From Bacteroidales bacterium (GTDB lineage Bacteria; Bacteroidota; Bacteroidia; Bacteroidales; UBA932), in assembly GCA_045599325.1 (NCBI GenBank), contig JAZRVT010000005.1, forward strand, positions 17,089 to 81,088: DNA of 64,000 bases. Direction: 5' to 3'. How positions within the stretch are numbered: the stretch's first letter is position 1; each line of letters begins with the position of its first letter. The position numbers and the translations under genes were made by a program. The notes below the pieces were generated by a model. It searched no databases and was not told the DNA's origin. It worked only from the letters and a program-made list of their open reading frames with translations. Shown in pieces: positions 45,886 through 54,862 of the stretch.

Positions 45886-46342
45886 GGCCATACTGCTGGC
45901 AGCACTCCTGCTGAGTGCCGTTGCCTGCAGCAAGCCCACAGACGGCTTCGGCTTTGTCACCACAAACGAGGCGCAGAAAGACGGAGGGATGTTCCGCTTC
46001 AAGGCCAGAATGGATGACGCCGCTCTCACCTGGTCCACTTCCGTGGCAATCCGCTATAACCCTCATATCCTTAAAAGCAGGGCTATCGACCTCGACATCC
46101 ACGTCACGTCCCCTGCCGGCGAACACCATATCGAACGGGTCACCTTCCCCCTCTATGATATCCCTGACCTTGTGGAGGCAAAGGGAAGCGCCACGACAGC
46201 ACGCGACATCGAATGGCCTTACCGCAGAAACATAACCATCGGCGAAGATGAGGCCGGAATCTGGAAAATAGACATCCAGCCCGTGAACGACTCTGTGCTC
46301 AACGCCGTCTACGGACTGGGTTTTTCTTTCAAGGGAGAATGA
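45869..46342 (+). CDS. gldH: GldH-like lipoprotein
   Basis: 157 aa from the ATG at 45869 (MRTSSKAILLAALLLSAVACS lipobox). Position directly after holB-PSP1 matches the synteny I recall for gldH in Bacteroidota. Overlaps the PSP1 3' end by 17 nt. Confidence 0.55.
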   Translation: MRTSSKAILLAALLLSAVACSKPTDGFGFVTTNEAQKDGGMFRFKARMDDAALTWSTSVAIRYNPHILKSRAIDLDIHVTSPAGEHHIERVTFPLYDIPDLVEAKGSATTARDIEWPYRRNITIGEDEAGIWKIDIQPVNDSVLNAVYGLGFSFKGE

Positions 46343-46343
46343 T

Positions 46344-47081
46344 ATGGGAAAAGGTAAACTGAAGAAATTCCGCGAGAACGAGACATTCAAATGCCTCGTT
46401 CAGCCCACCACAGATGAGGTGCTCCGCTGCGACCATCCTCTCAAGGGAGCCTGGGGCCGCGATATGTTCGGAAACGGCAACCCTATCGTCCTCGAACTGG
46501 GCTGCGGCAAGGGAGAATACACGGTGGCGCTCGCCGAGCGTTATCCGGACAAGAATTTCATAGGTATCGACATCAAGGGCGCAAGGCTTTGGAAAGGTGC
46601 GAAATACGCTACTGTGAACAACCTGCAGAACGTGGCCTTCCTGCGCACCAGAGTTGAATTCATCGAATCCCTGTTCGCAGCAGGAGAGGTCTCGGAAATA
46701 TGGATCACTTTCGCAGACCCGCAGGAACGCAAGCCGAAGAAACGTCTCACCCACCCTCTCTTCCTCGAACGCTACAGAAAGTTCCTCGCCCCCGGAGGAA
46801 TCGTGCATCTGAAGACTGACAGCCGGCTGCTCCACTATTTCACCCTCGAGACAGCGAAGGCGAATTCACTGGAGGTGATTGAGCATAACGATGATATCTA
46901 TGGCAGCGGGAGAGCCGACGACCTTCTCTCTATCAAAACCTTCTACGAGCAGAACTTCCTGTCGCAGGGGATTCCCATCACCTATCTCGCGATGAGGATA
47001 GACGGCAGCAGCACCCTGGTCGAACCGGAGTGGGACCAGGAACCTTTCGAACAGACCTACAGGACGCTCACGCGGTCCTGA
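46344..47081 (+). CDS. trmB: tRNA (guanine46-N7)-methyltransferase
   Basis: 245 aa. LELGCGKGEY (SAM motif), FADPQ and KPKKRL pattern typical of TrmB. Confidence 0.92.
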   Translation: MGKGKLKKFRENETFKCLVQPTTDEVLRCDHPLKGAWGRDMFGNGNPIVLELGCGKGEYTVALAERYPDKNFIGIDIKGARLWKGAKYATVNNLQNVAFLRTRVEFIESLFAAGEVSEIWITFADPQERKPKKRLTHPLFLERYRKFLAPGGIVHLKTDSRLLHYFTLETAKANSLEVIEHNDDIYGSGRADDLLSIKTFYEQNFLSQGIPITYLAMRIDGSSTLVEPEWDQEPFEQTYRTLTRS

Positions 47082-48033
47082 CGGCCATATGCCCGGCCAG
47101 TCTTTCAAGATAATTCCTTGCCTCAGAATCCTTGAAGCAGGATATGGCTCTCACGGCCATTTCAGATTCCTCACGCAGCCTCTTGAGCGCATAGCCGCAT
47201 CCGTCATACTCCTTCACGAGGCGGATTGCGTCTGCCGCGAGTTCAGGGTCTGCATTGCGCATACGCTCCCTGATCTCTTTCCCAGTCTTCTTCGGCGCGG
47301 CTGCGAAAAGCCCCAGAAGCGGAAGTGTTATCTTCTTCTCTCTGATATCCTGTCCTGTAGGTTTCCCGGAGGCATATTCAGGAGAATAGTCCAGAATGTC
47401 GTCCATAATCTGGAATGCAAGCCCGATATGGTATGCATACCCCTTGCAGGCCTCCAGTTCCCGGTCATCCGCCCTTACTGAGTATGCGGCGCTAAGCACC
47501 GAGGCCTCGAAGAGAGAAGCGGTCTTGCGGTAGATGATGCGGATATAGTCCTCTTCTGTGGTATCGAGCGTGTTCGCTTTCTCAAGCTGCAGCATCTCGC
47601 CTTCCGCAAGGTCATTGAGACATTTGGAAAAGACTTTCAAGACTCTCTTGTCCGGATGGTCGATGACCAGGTCCACAGCTCTGGAAAGCCAGAAATCACC
47701 GACAAGGACTGATGACGTCGGTGAATAGAGGGCCCTCACCGTGGGCGCTCCACGGCGGACCGGGGAGTCGTCGGCCACGTCATCGTGGAGAAGCGTCGCG
47801 GTGTGCAGGAGTTCCGCCGCCGCAGCGCAGCTTATAACATAATCATCGCAAAAGCCACGGAGGGCTTTTGCGATGAGAAGCGTGAATGTCGGGCGGAGCT
47901 GCTTGCCTCCGTGCGCTGCGACATAGGTGTTCACCTTGTCCAACAGGGGCATCTCGGATTTCAGACTCTCCTTGAACTTCTGTCTGAACTCCTCCCAGGA
48001 CTGCCCGAGAAATTTCTGAATGTCCTTGTACAA
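47068..48033 (-). CDS. ispB: polyprenyl diphosphate synthase (trans-IPPS, long-chain type)
   Basis: 321 aa. First and second Asp-rich motifs LLHDDVADDS and QIMDDILD. 14-nt convergent overlap with trmB. Confidence 0.9.
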   Translation of the reverse strand: MYKDIQKFLGQSWEEFRQKFKESLKSEMPLLDKVNTYVAAHGGKQLRPTFTLLIAKALRGFCDDYVISCAAAAELLHTATLLHDDVADDSPVRRGAPTVRALYSPTSSVLVGDFWLSRAVDLVIDHPDKRVLKVFSKCLNDLAEGEMLQLEKANTLDTTEEDYIRIIYRKTASLFEASVLSAAYSVRADDRELEACKGYAYHIGLAFQIMDDILDYSPEYASGKPTGQDIREKKITLPLLGLFAAAPKKTGKEIRERMRNADPELAADAIRLVKEYDGCGYALKRLREESEMAVRAISCFKDSEARNYLERLAGHMAVRTA

Positions 48034-48035
48034 GA

Positions 48036-48629
48036 CTAGAATTTCAGGCCGAGTGCGATTTCAATTGTTCCGGCAGCAGGGTCAAGACCAGAGATCTTCT
48101 CCTTGTAGTCGCCCCAGGAAGCAATCTTGCCGAAGTTCCAGTTGTACTTTGCAGTGATCTGGAGTTTGAAGAGGTCGAGACCGATGCCGGCTCCGAAGCC
48201 GTATTCGAACTTCTGGACAGATTCCTTGACAGCGGCAGCCAGTTCGCTCTCTTTCGAGAACTTGGTGTTGAGATTGCAGCCGATGAACGGGGAGACGAAG
48301 ATGAACGGCCTTGCGATAAGCAGATCGATGCCCCACTGGACGTTGACAGGGAGTTCGAGATAGTTCATATTGACATTGGTGGCATCGCTGAGGGTGACAC
48401 CCTTCACCTTATAGAGAAGTTCAGGCTGGAGTGAGAGGCCGCTGAAGGTCTCGGTCTGGAATCCTGCACCGAATTCCCAGCCGCTCTTGCCGTTCTTGAG
48501 GTCCTTGACAGTACTTGCGCTTGTATAGTTGACGCCGCCCTTGACGATAAAGCCTTCTGCCTTTGCAGAGACAGCTGAAGAGAGCATAAGTGCAGCGGCA
48601 GCTGCGAGGAGGATGACAATCTTTTTCAT
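48036..48629 (-). CDS. outer-membrane beta-barrel (porin-family) protein
   Basis: 197 aa. Signal peptide MKKIVILLAAAAALMLSSAVSAKA, alternating strand pattern, C-terminal LGLKF. Confidence 0.75.
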   Translation of the reverse strand: MKKIVILLAAAAALMLSSAVSAKAEGFIVKGGVNYTSASTVKDLKNGKSGWEFGAGFQTETFSGLSLQPELLYKVKGVTLSDATNVNMNYLELPVNVQWGIDLLIARPFIFVSPFIGCNLNTKFSKESELAAAVKESVQKFEYGFGAGIGLDLFKLQITAKYNWNFGKIASWGDYKEKISGLDPAAGTIEIALGLKF

Positions 48630-48644
48630 CTTTCTTGATTTATA

Positions 48645-48959
48645 CTATAGGAGTGAATTGATTTTGCTTTCTATTTCAGACTGAGGCACGGCGCCCACAA
48701 GGCGGTCCACCAGTTCCCCCCCCTTGAAGAAGAGGATTGTAGGGATGTTGCGGATGCCATATTTCATAGGTGCGTCGGCGCAGTCGTCCACATTGCACTT
48801 GCAGATCTCGACCTTGCCTTCAAACTTCTCTGCCATCTGGTCGATGATCGGGGAAATCATTCTGCACGGGCCACACCAGGTTGCCCAGAAATCTACTACC
48901 ACCGGATTGCCGGCGGAGATTATCTCTTCAAAATTCGAGTCGGTTATTGCTTTTGCCAT
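48645..48959 (-). CDS. trxA: thioredoxin
   Basis: 104 aa. WCGPC active site within a canonical Trx sequence. Confidence 0.95.
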   Translation of the reverse strand: MAKAITDSNFEEIISAGNPVVVDFWATWCGPCRMISPIIDQMAEKFEGKVEICKCNVDDCADAPMKYGIRNIPTILFFKGGELVDRLVGAVPQSEIESKINSLL

Positions 48960-49008
48960 ATTCTGGATTGTTGATACGAGGTAAAGTTAGTGATTATTTC
49001 CGAAAAAA

Positions 49009-49302
49009 CTAAATGCTCTGCTCGATATTCCAGACAAACGCCCTTACGCCGACACTTTTGTTGCGGGAGTCAAGTTTGCGGACTGTGAGCAGAAGTTCAT
49101 CGACCTGCCCGTCAGGCACGACCGTGATCACTGCCGAGTTCATCTCAGGCCAGGTGTGTGTTCCGCGGCGCGGTTCACCGTCAACGGAACCGCGTCCCTG
49201 CACCTGCTCGAAGAAGGTGAATCCACGGATTCCGAGTTCATCGAGCATATACTCCACACGGGTTGTGAAAGCCTGGTTGAATACTATCATAACGCTTTTC
49301 AT
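49009..49302 (-). CDS. small P-II-like / transporter-associated protein at the distal end of the RND operon
   Basis: 97 aa. Size and beta-alpha-beta pattern (MIVFNQAFTTRVEYMLDELGIRGFTFF...) resemble the P-II/DUF3240 fold. Starts 3 nt after the RND pump stop. Family name needs an HMM check. Confidence 0.6.
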   Translation of the reverse strand: MKSVMIVFNQAFTTRVEYMLDELGIRGFTFFEQVQGRGSVDGEPRRGTHTWPEMNSAVITVVPDGQVDELLLTVRKLDSRNKSVGVRAFVWNIEQSI

Positions 49303-49305
49303 AGT

Positions 49306-52300
49306 CTATTCCTCCTCGGGTTCAAGTTGCATGAATATGAATTCCTTACGCTGCTTCTCCTCCTTGTCGCGGTCTCCGTTGCGGGAGATGATGCCATAGA
49401 ATACAGGCACGATGATAAGGGTGATGAAGGTTGAGACGAGCAGACCGCCGATGACGACGATGCCGAGAGGCTGCCACATTTCGGAGCCTTCACCGGTGCT
49501 CATTGCCATAGGCACCATACCGAGAAGGGTTGTGAATGCAGTCATAAGCACAGGGCGCAGACGGGACTTGCCTGAGAGAGCGATAGCCTCATTGAGCTCA
49601 TATCCGCGGTCACGCATCAGATTGGTGTAGTCCACAAGCACGATACCGTTCTTGACTACGATACCCACAAGCATAATCGCTCCGAGCGCGCCGATCATAT
49701 CCAGAGTGGTGTTTGTCAGCCAGAGGGCAAGGACAACGCCGGAGAATGCAAACGGCACGGAAAACATAATGATCGCTGGTTTCGACATCGATTCGAACTG
49801 CGATGCCATCACGATGTAGACGAGAAGGATGATGAGGAGCATCAGGAGAATCATATTCCCGAACATCTCCTGCTGGTCCTCATAGTCACCGGCAAGCACT
49901 ACAGTGATGCCTGACGGAGGTGTCACCGTGTTGACCACGGCCTGTATCTGTGCTGCCAGTTCACCGAGTGACGTCTGGTAAGGGAGGGCCTTGACGCTGA
50001 GGTAGCGCTGGCGGCTCTTGCGGTCGATGGACTGAGGCGCCCAGTATTCTTCGATTTCGGCTATCTCGCTGAGCTTGACACGCGCCCCTGTAGCGGTAGG
50101 TATCGTAAGGTCCTGAACGTCGGTGATGGAGTTGCGGTCCTCCTCCTTCAGGCGGACAACGATGTCATACTCGTCACCGTCCTCCTTGAGGAAACCGGCC
50201 GTCGAACCTGTGACACGGTTCCTGATGTACTGAGATACGGTTGCAGAGTTCAGTCCGTGGAACGCAAGTTTCTCCTTGTCGAGGTTGATCTTGAGTTCAG
50301 GACGCTCCTTCTCGCGGCTGATGACCACGTTGCGGGCGTTCGGCACATTGTCGATGATTGCCTGGCGCACCTCGGCGGCATATATGTTTGTCTCATTGAA
50401 ATCATAACCGTAGATCTCGACGTCGACAGTCGATGCACCGCCCATTCCCATACCTCCTGACGATGTGACCTGGGATTCCACGATCTCAGGGTAGCGGGCA
50501 ATCTCCTGGCGGATGACTTCAGCGATCTCATCGATCGAGCGCTCGCGCTCGTTCTTCTTGTTGCAGACCACAGTCATCGAGATCTTGTAGTTGTTGGTCG
50601 AGGAGAAGAGCGCTCCGATGCTGCTGTCATCGTTGCTGCCGGCAGAAGTGGAGAGGCGCTCGAGTTCAGGGATGAGTTCCTTGAACCTTGCCTCAAGGGA
50701 CCGCGCGGTCTTGAGTGTCTCGTCGATGCGGGTTCCGCTCTGGAGTTCGATGGTCACGCTGACACGGCCGTTGTCGCTGGACTGCATGAAGTCAGTTCCC
50801 ACCTTGCCCATAACTGCCGGGAGCATAGATGCTGCGAAGAAGAGCACTGCAATGATGAGTGTGAGTGCCTTGTGGCTGAGGCACCAGCGCAGCAGGCTGG
50901 CATACCAGTGGTCGACTTTGTCAAGGAACTTGACGACAGTCTTGTCATACCAGGTTTCCTTCTGCCTGCCTTCGATGAGCTTGCCGTCGACAACCTTGGC
51001 CTGTCTTGCCTTGAGTATCTTGGAGCAGAGCATCGGGATGAGTGAGATGGCCACGATGGTGGATGTGGTCACAACTATCGTCACAATCCAGCCGAGTTCC
51101 TTGAAGAGGGTTCCTGCAAGACCTGTGAGCATTGTCAGAGGGATGAACACTGCTGCGATGACGAGAGTTGTCGCGATTACGGAAGTCCATACCTCGTTTG
51201 TCGCATAAATTGCAGCCTCGTGAGGTGATGAGCCGCGGTCGATATGCTTGTTGATATTCTCCAGGACCACAATCGCATCGTCCACCACCATACCGATGGC
51301 CACTGTCAGAGCGGACAGTGAGATGATGTTGAGCGAACTGTTCGTCACCATAAGGTAGATAAAGGAGACAATCAGCGCGATAGGGATCGTGATGCTGATG
51401 ATGAGGGTGGCCCTCCATTTTCCGAGGAAGAAGAGCATCACGAGGACAACGAACAGGAGTGCATAGAGGATTGACTCCTCGAGAGAGCCGATAGCTCCTT
51501 CGATATCCTCGGAGGAGTCATAGATCATTGACACTTCGATATCGGAAGGAAGTGTCTTCTCTATCTTCGCCAGTTCCTTGCGCACGTCACGGCAGACCTG
51601 AACGGTATTGGAGCCTGACTTCTTGGCAACCATCATACGGACAGCCTCCTGGCCGTTGAACTTCTCGTCAAGGCTCAGGTCCTTGATGGTGTCACGGACA
51701 GCTGCGAGGTCGCGGATGAATATCTTCTGGCCTGTAGGCAGCGCAGCGACCACTATGTCGGCGATGTCAGCGCTGTTCTCATACTCGCTGCGGACCTGCA
51801 TCTGGTACTGCTGCTTCTCCATCTTGACGGTTCCGCTGGAGAGATTGAGGTTGTTGGCGCTCACGGCAGCGGAGACCTGCTCGAGTGTCAGGTTGTAGGC
51901 ATCCAGTTTGGACTGGTCGATATCGATGTAGACATATCTGTCCGGAGCACCGGAAATGGAGACCGTACCGATGCCGTTGATGCGGTTCAGCTGAGGGATC
52001 ACCTCATCGTTCAGAATCTTCTCAAGACCCGGATAACTCTCCTTTGCGGTGAACGCATACTGGATGATAGGCATCAGGCTTGAGTTGAGCTTGAAGATGG
52101 TCGGGCTCTGGCATCCGTCAGGAAGTGCGCTCTTGACCATATCCACATAGGACCGGACATCGTTTGCGGCCTCGTCGCGGTTTGTGCCCCACTCGAGTTC
52201 AAGGTTCACGACTGACATATTGTCCTTGGAGGTGGATGTGAGCTCCTTGAGGCCGTCCACGGAGGTCACCGCATTCTCTATGGTCTTCGTGACATTCGTC

Positions 52301-52479
52301 TCAATCTCGCTCGCGCTCGCGCCAGGATATGTCGTCATCACCGTGATGAAAGGCATATCCATCTCCGGGAACTGGTCGATAGGCAGTCTCATCAGCGAGA
52401 AGAGGCCGATGACAATGACTGCCACAAAGACCAGAGCCGTTGTGATCGGCTTGTTTATGGCTGTTTTGTAGATGCTCAT
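49306..52479 (-). CDS. efflux RND transporter permease subunit (AcrB/HAE1-like)
   Basis: 1057 aa, 12-TM two-lobe architecture. N-terminus AINKPITTALVFVAVIVIGLFSL and VDDAIVVLENI motif. Confidence 0.95.
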   Translation of the reverse strand: MSIYKTAINKPITTALVFVAVIVIGLFSLMRLPIDQFPEMDMPFITVMTTYPGASASEIETNVTKTIENAVTSVDGLKELTSTSKDNMSVVNLELEWGTNRDEAANDVRSYVDMVKSALPDGCQSPTIFKLNSSLMPIIQYAFTAKESYPGLEKILNDEVIPQLNRINGIGTVSISGAPDRYVYIDIDQSKLDAYNLTLEQVSAAVSANNLNLSSGTVKMEKQQYQMQVRSEYENSADIADIVVAALPTGQKIFIRDLAAVRDTIKDLSLDEKFNGQEAVRMMVAKKSGSNTVQVCRDVRKELAKIEKTLPSDIEVSMIYDSSEDIEGAIGSLEESILYALLFVVLVMLFFLGKWRATLIISITIPIALIVSFIYLMVTNSSLNIISLSALTVAIGMVVDDAIVVLENINKHIDRGSSPHEAAIYATNEVWTSVIATTLVIAAVFIPLTMLTGLAGTLFKELGWIVTIVVTTSTIVAISLIPMLCSKILKARQAKVVDGKLIEGRQKETWYDKTVVKFLDKVDHWYASLLRWCLSHKALTLIIAVLFFAASMLPAVMGKVGTDFMQSSDNGRVSVTIELQSGTRIDETLKTARSLEARFKELIPELERLSTSAGSNDDSSIGALFSSTNNYKISMTVVCNKKNERERSIDEIAEVIRQEIARYPEIVESQVTSSGGMGMGGASTVDVEIYGYDFNETNIYAAEVRQAIIDNVPNARNVVISREKERPELKINLDKEKLAFHGLNSATVSQYIRNRVTGSTAGFLKEDGDEYDIVVRLKEEDRNSITDVQDLTIPTATGARVKLSEIAEIEEYWAPQSIDRKSRQRYLSVKALPYQTSLGELAAQIQAVVNTVTPPSGITVVLAGDYEDQQEMFGNMILLMLLIILLVYIVMASQFESMSKPAIIMFSVPFAFSGVVLALWLTNTTLDMIGALGAIMLVGIVVKNGIVLVDYTNLMRDRGYELNEAIALSGKSRLRPVLMTAFTTLLGMVPMAMSTGEGSEMWQPLGIVVIGGLLVSTFITLIIVPVFYGIISRNGDRDKEEKQRKEFIFMQLEPEEE

Positions 52480-52480
52480 C

Positions 52481-53497
52481 CTATTTCTCCTCTGCTAATT
52501 TGATCTTTGAACCGTCGACGAGCTTGGCCTGGCCTGTGGTGACGAGCATATCGCCTTCGCTGAGCTCATCGCTGATGATTTCGATGTTCTCGTCAAATCT
52601 CTGACCCATCTGCACGAACACGCGCTTCGCGACTCCGCCGCCGTCGATGAACACGTAGCGGTCGTTGGAACCGGTCATCTTGAGGACAGCCTGATAAGGG
52701 ACCACCATAGCATTTGCGAGGCCCATCGACATCGAGGTCTTCACATACATACCGGGACGCAGCTTCCATCCGCTGTTAGGGATGCGCAGCTTGACCTGGA
52801 AGGTGTGAGATGCCGGGTCCACTGTAGGGTAGACTATTTCGACAGTTGCAGGGAAAGTCTCACCGGGGAAAATGTCGGAGGCGATGTCAACCTTCATACC
52901 CTTCTGTACATACGGGTAATAGGTCTCAGGAACCGCGATAAGGGCCTTGAGCGTGCTTATCTGAGTGAGGACGAGGATAGGCTGACCGCTGTAGAGTTCG
53001 CCGTCCTCATAGTTCTTGGCGGAGATGACACCTGAGAACTGAGCCTTCACATAGGTATTCTTCTCGAGGAAGTCCAGGCTTTCCTTGGTCTGGTCATAGC
53101 TGAGCTTCGTCTGGTCGTAGGTCTGCTGTGACACAGAACCGCTCTCGCGGAGGGCCTCCATCCTTTCAAGCTGCACGCCGAGGTTGGTGTAGGTCAGTTT
53201 CGTGGTTGTGTACTGGTTCTGGTCCATCCTCACGAGCATCGCACCCTGCTGCACGCTGTTGCCGACTTCGACATAGATATGCTCGATCTTTCCTGTCAGG
53301 GAAGGGGCGACATTCATTGTCTGGTATCCCTGCAGAGTGGTCGAAAACTCTAGCGTGCGGTTGATTTCTGATATGGTGATCGGGGTTGTGGAGACCAGTT
53401 CCTCGCGGACGACCTCCTGCTGAACCTGCTGCTGTCCCTGGCAGGAGACAAGGGCCAGGGCTGCAATTCCCAGAAGTGACAGAACTTTGTATTTCAT
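52481..53497 (-). CDS. efflux RND transporter periplasmic adaptor subunit
   Basis: 338 aa. Lipobox LALVSC and an HlyD/MFP-like barrel-sandwich pattern. 1-nt gap to the pump gene. Confidence 0.9.
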   Translation of the reverse strand: MKYKVLSLLGIAALALVSCQGQQQVQQEVVREELVSTTPITISEINRTLEFSTTLQGYQTMNVAPSLTGKIEHIYVEVGNSVQQGAMLVRMDQNQYTTTKLTYTNLGVQLERMEALRESGSVSQQTYDQTKLSYDQTKESLDFLEKNTYVKAQFSGVISAKNYEDGELYSGQPILVLTQISTLKALIAVPETYYPYVQKGMKVDIASDIFPGETFPATVEIVYPTVDPASHTFQVKLRIPNSGWKLRPGMYVKTSMSMGLANAMVVPYQAVLKMTGSNDRYVFIDGGGVAKRVFVQMGQRFDENIEIISDELSEGDMLVTTGQAKLVDGSKIKLAEEK

Positions 53498-53507
53498 ATG
53501 TCTATTA

Positions 53508-54794
53508 TTATTTGTTCAGAAGTTTTTCAAGTGAGATCCGTGCATTGATGATTTCCAGGAGAGCCTGCACGTAGTTGCTCTGGGCGGAGATCAGGCTTGT
53601 GCCTGAGTTGGTCACATCCATTGCGGAAGCGACTCCGTACTGATATTTCTTCGCAATGCTGTCGAAGACGCGGCCTGCCACATCGACACTCTGCTTCTGC
53701 ACCTCGAACTTCTCGATTGCGCTGCGGAGGTTGTAGATGCACTGCCTGTACTGCACATTCAGGGCGAGCTCAGTGTCCTCAAGGGTATTGAGCTGCTTCT
53801 TGTAGGCGAGGACAGCGTCCTTGTGAGCGGCTGTGGCCTTGCCTGAAGTGAAGATAGGAAGACTGAGCTGCACGCCCATCATAGTCGGCGGGGTCATATT
53901 CATGGTTGCCTCATCGCTGAAGTATTTCTTTGCATTGTACTGATGGTAAACACTGACCGTCGGACCGTATGAGAGGCCGGTCATCGCAATCTGCTTCTTA
54001 GCGAGGTCGGTGCTCTTCCTGAGGAGCTGCCAGTCATAGTTGTTCTCTATTTCGAATTCCTCTCCGAGGAGCTCTGACGCATATCCGATATTCATAATGT
54101 CCTCTATGCCGTCAGTGAGGACGATATCCGTCTCCTCATCGACACAGAGATATATCCTCAATGAGTTGTAGAGCATCTCGAGGGAACGTCTGGTGGCCTC
54201 TACGGTGTTCTGCATAGTGGCGACCTGCACTTTGAGCTGGTCGGCATCGGTCTGTTCGGTCATTCCGACCTCCACTGACTTGAGGGACATTTCATACAGC
54301 TGCTGCATGCTCTTGAGATTCCTCTCGAGGAGAGAAACCGACTCCTCAGTGGCGAGCACTGAGAAATAGATTGTCTCGACCTGGTCACGGATGTCCTTCT
54401 CGCTCTTCAGCAGGCTGATGTCAGCCATCTTCCTGGAGATGTCCGCCAGCTGGATCCCTACAATCGCGGCTCCGTTGAGGCCCATCGAAGTGGTGATGCC
54501 CAATGAAGCATACGGCGGCATTGAGATCTGGAAGGTGCCAAGGTCCATCTTATATCCGAAGTAGTTGGAGTAGTCGACGCTTCCGTTGACCTGGGGGAGT
54601 ATGGAAGCGATCGCCTGCCAGCGGCTGGCCTGGGCTTTCTGCACATCGATGGATGCGTTCTGGATGGTGCGGTTATGGTCAACCGCATACTCCTTGGCCT
54701 GCTGGAGTGAAAGGGTGAGCCTGCCTTCAGCATTTGCCGTCAGGCACATCACCGTCAGTGAAAGAATAAATATTACAGCTTTTCTCATATACAT
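53508..54794 (-). CDS. TolC family outer membrane efflux protein
   Basis: 428 aa. Signal peptide, two OEP repeats with long helices (LSLQQAKEYAVDHNRTIQNA...). First gene of the efflux operon. Confidence 0.9.
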   Translation of the reverse strand: MYMRKAVIFILSLTVMCLTANAEGRLTLSLQQAKEYAVDHNRTIQNASIDVQKAQASRWQAIASILPQVNGSVDYSNYFGYKMDLGTFQISMPPYASLGITTSMGLNGAAIVGIQLADISRKMADISLLKSEKDIRDQVETIYFSVLATEESVSLLERNLKSMQQLYEMSLKSVEVGMTEQTDADQLKVQVATMQNTVEATRRSLEMLYNSLRIYLCVDEETDIVLTDGIEDIMNIGYASELLGEEFEIENNYDWQLLRKSTDLAKKQIAMTGLSYGPTVSVYHQYNAKKYFSDEATMNMTPPTMMGVQLSLPIFTSGKATAAHKDAVLAYKKQLNTLEDTELALNVQYRQCIYNLRSAIEKFEVQKQSVDVAGRVFDSIAKKYQYGVASAMDVTNSGTSLISAQSNYVQALLEIINARISLEKLLNK

Positions 54795-54795
54795 A

Positions 54796-54830
54796 AAATT
54801 TGCGCCTTCGACTGGCGAAGGCGCAAATTT
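54796..54830 (-). terminator. perfect 15-bp-stem hairpin downstream of the M28 peptidase gene
   Basis: AAATTTGCGCCTTCG, loop ACTGG, CGAAGGCGCAAATTT. On the minus strand the 3' arm runs into UUUU. Lies 32 nt after the M28 stop. Its right arm plus one base also reads TAAATTTG (54824-54831, minus strand), a possible -7 box for the TolC operon. Confidence 0.65.
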
Positions 54831-54862
54831 ACTGCAAAAATCAAGCCTTTCAAAGAAAATGG

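Noticed and set aside
45424-46390. Long minus-strand ORFs (45424-46038, 45533-46390) and the plus-strand extension 45551-45868 over the PSP1 tail and gldH region
   Set aside because: They are artefacts of the stop-poor, GC-rich tandem repeat. The PSP1 frame is continuous with its conserved core, and the lipoprotein start at 45869 gives a proper lipobox.
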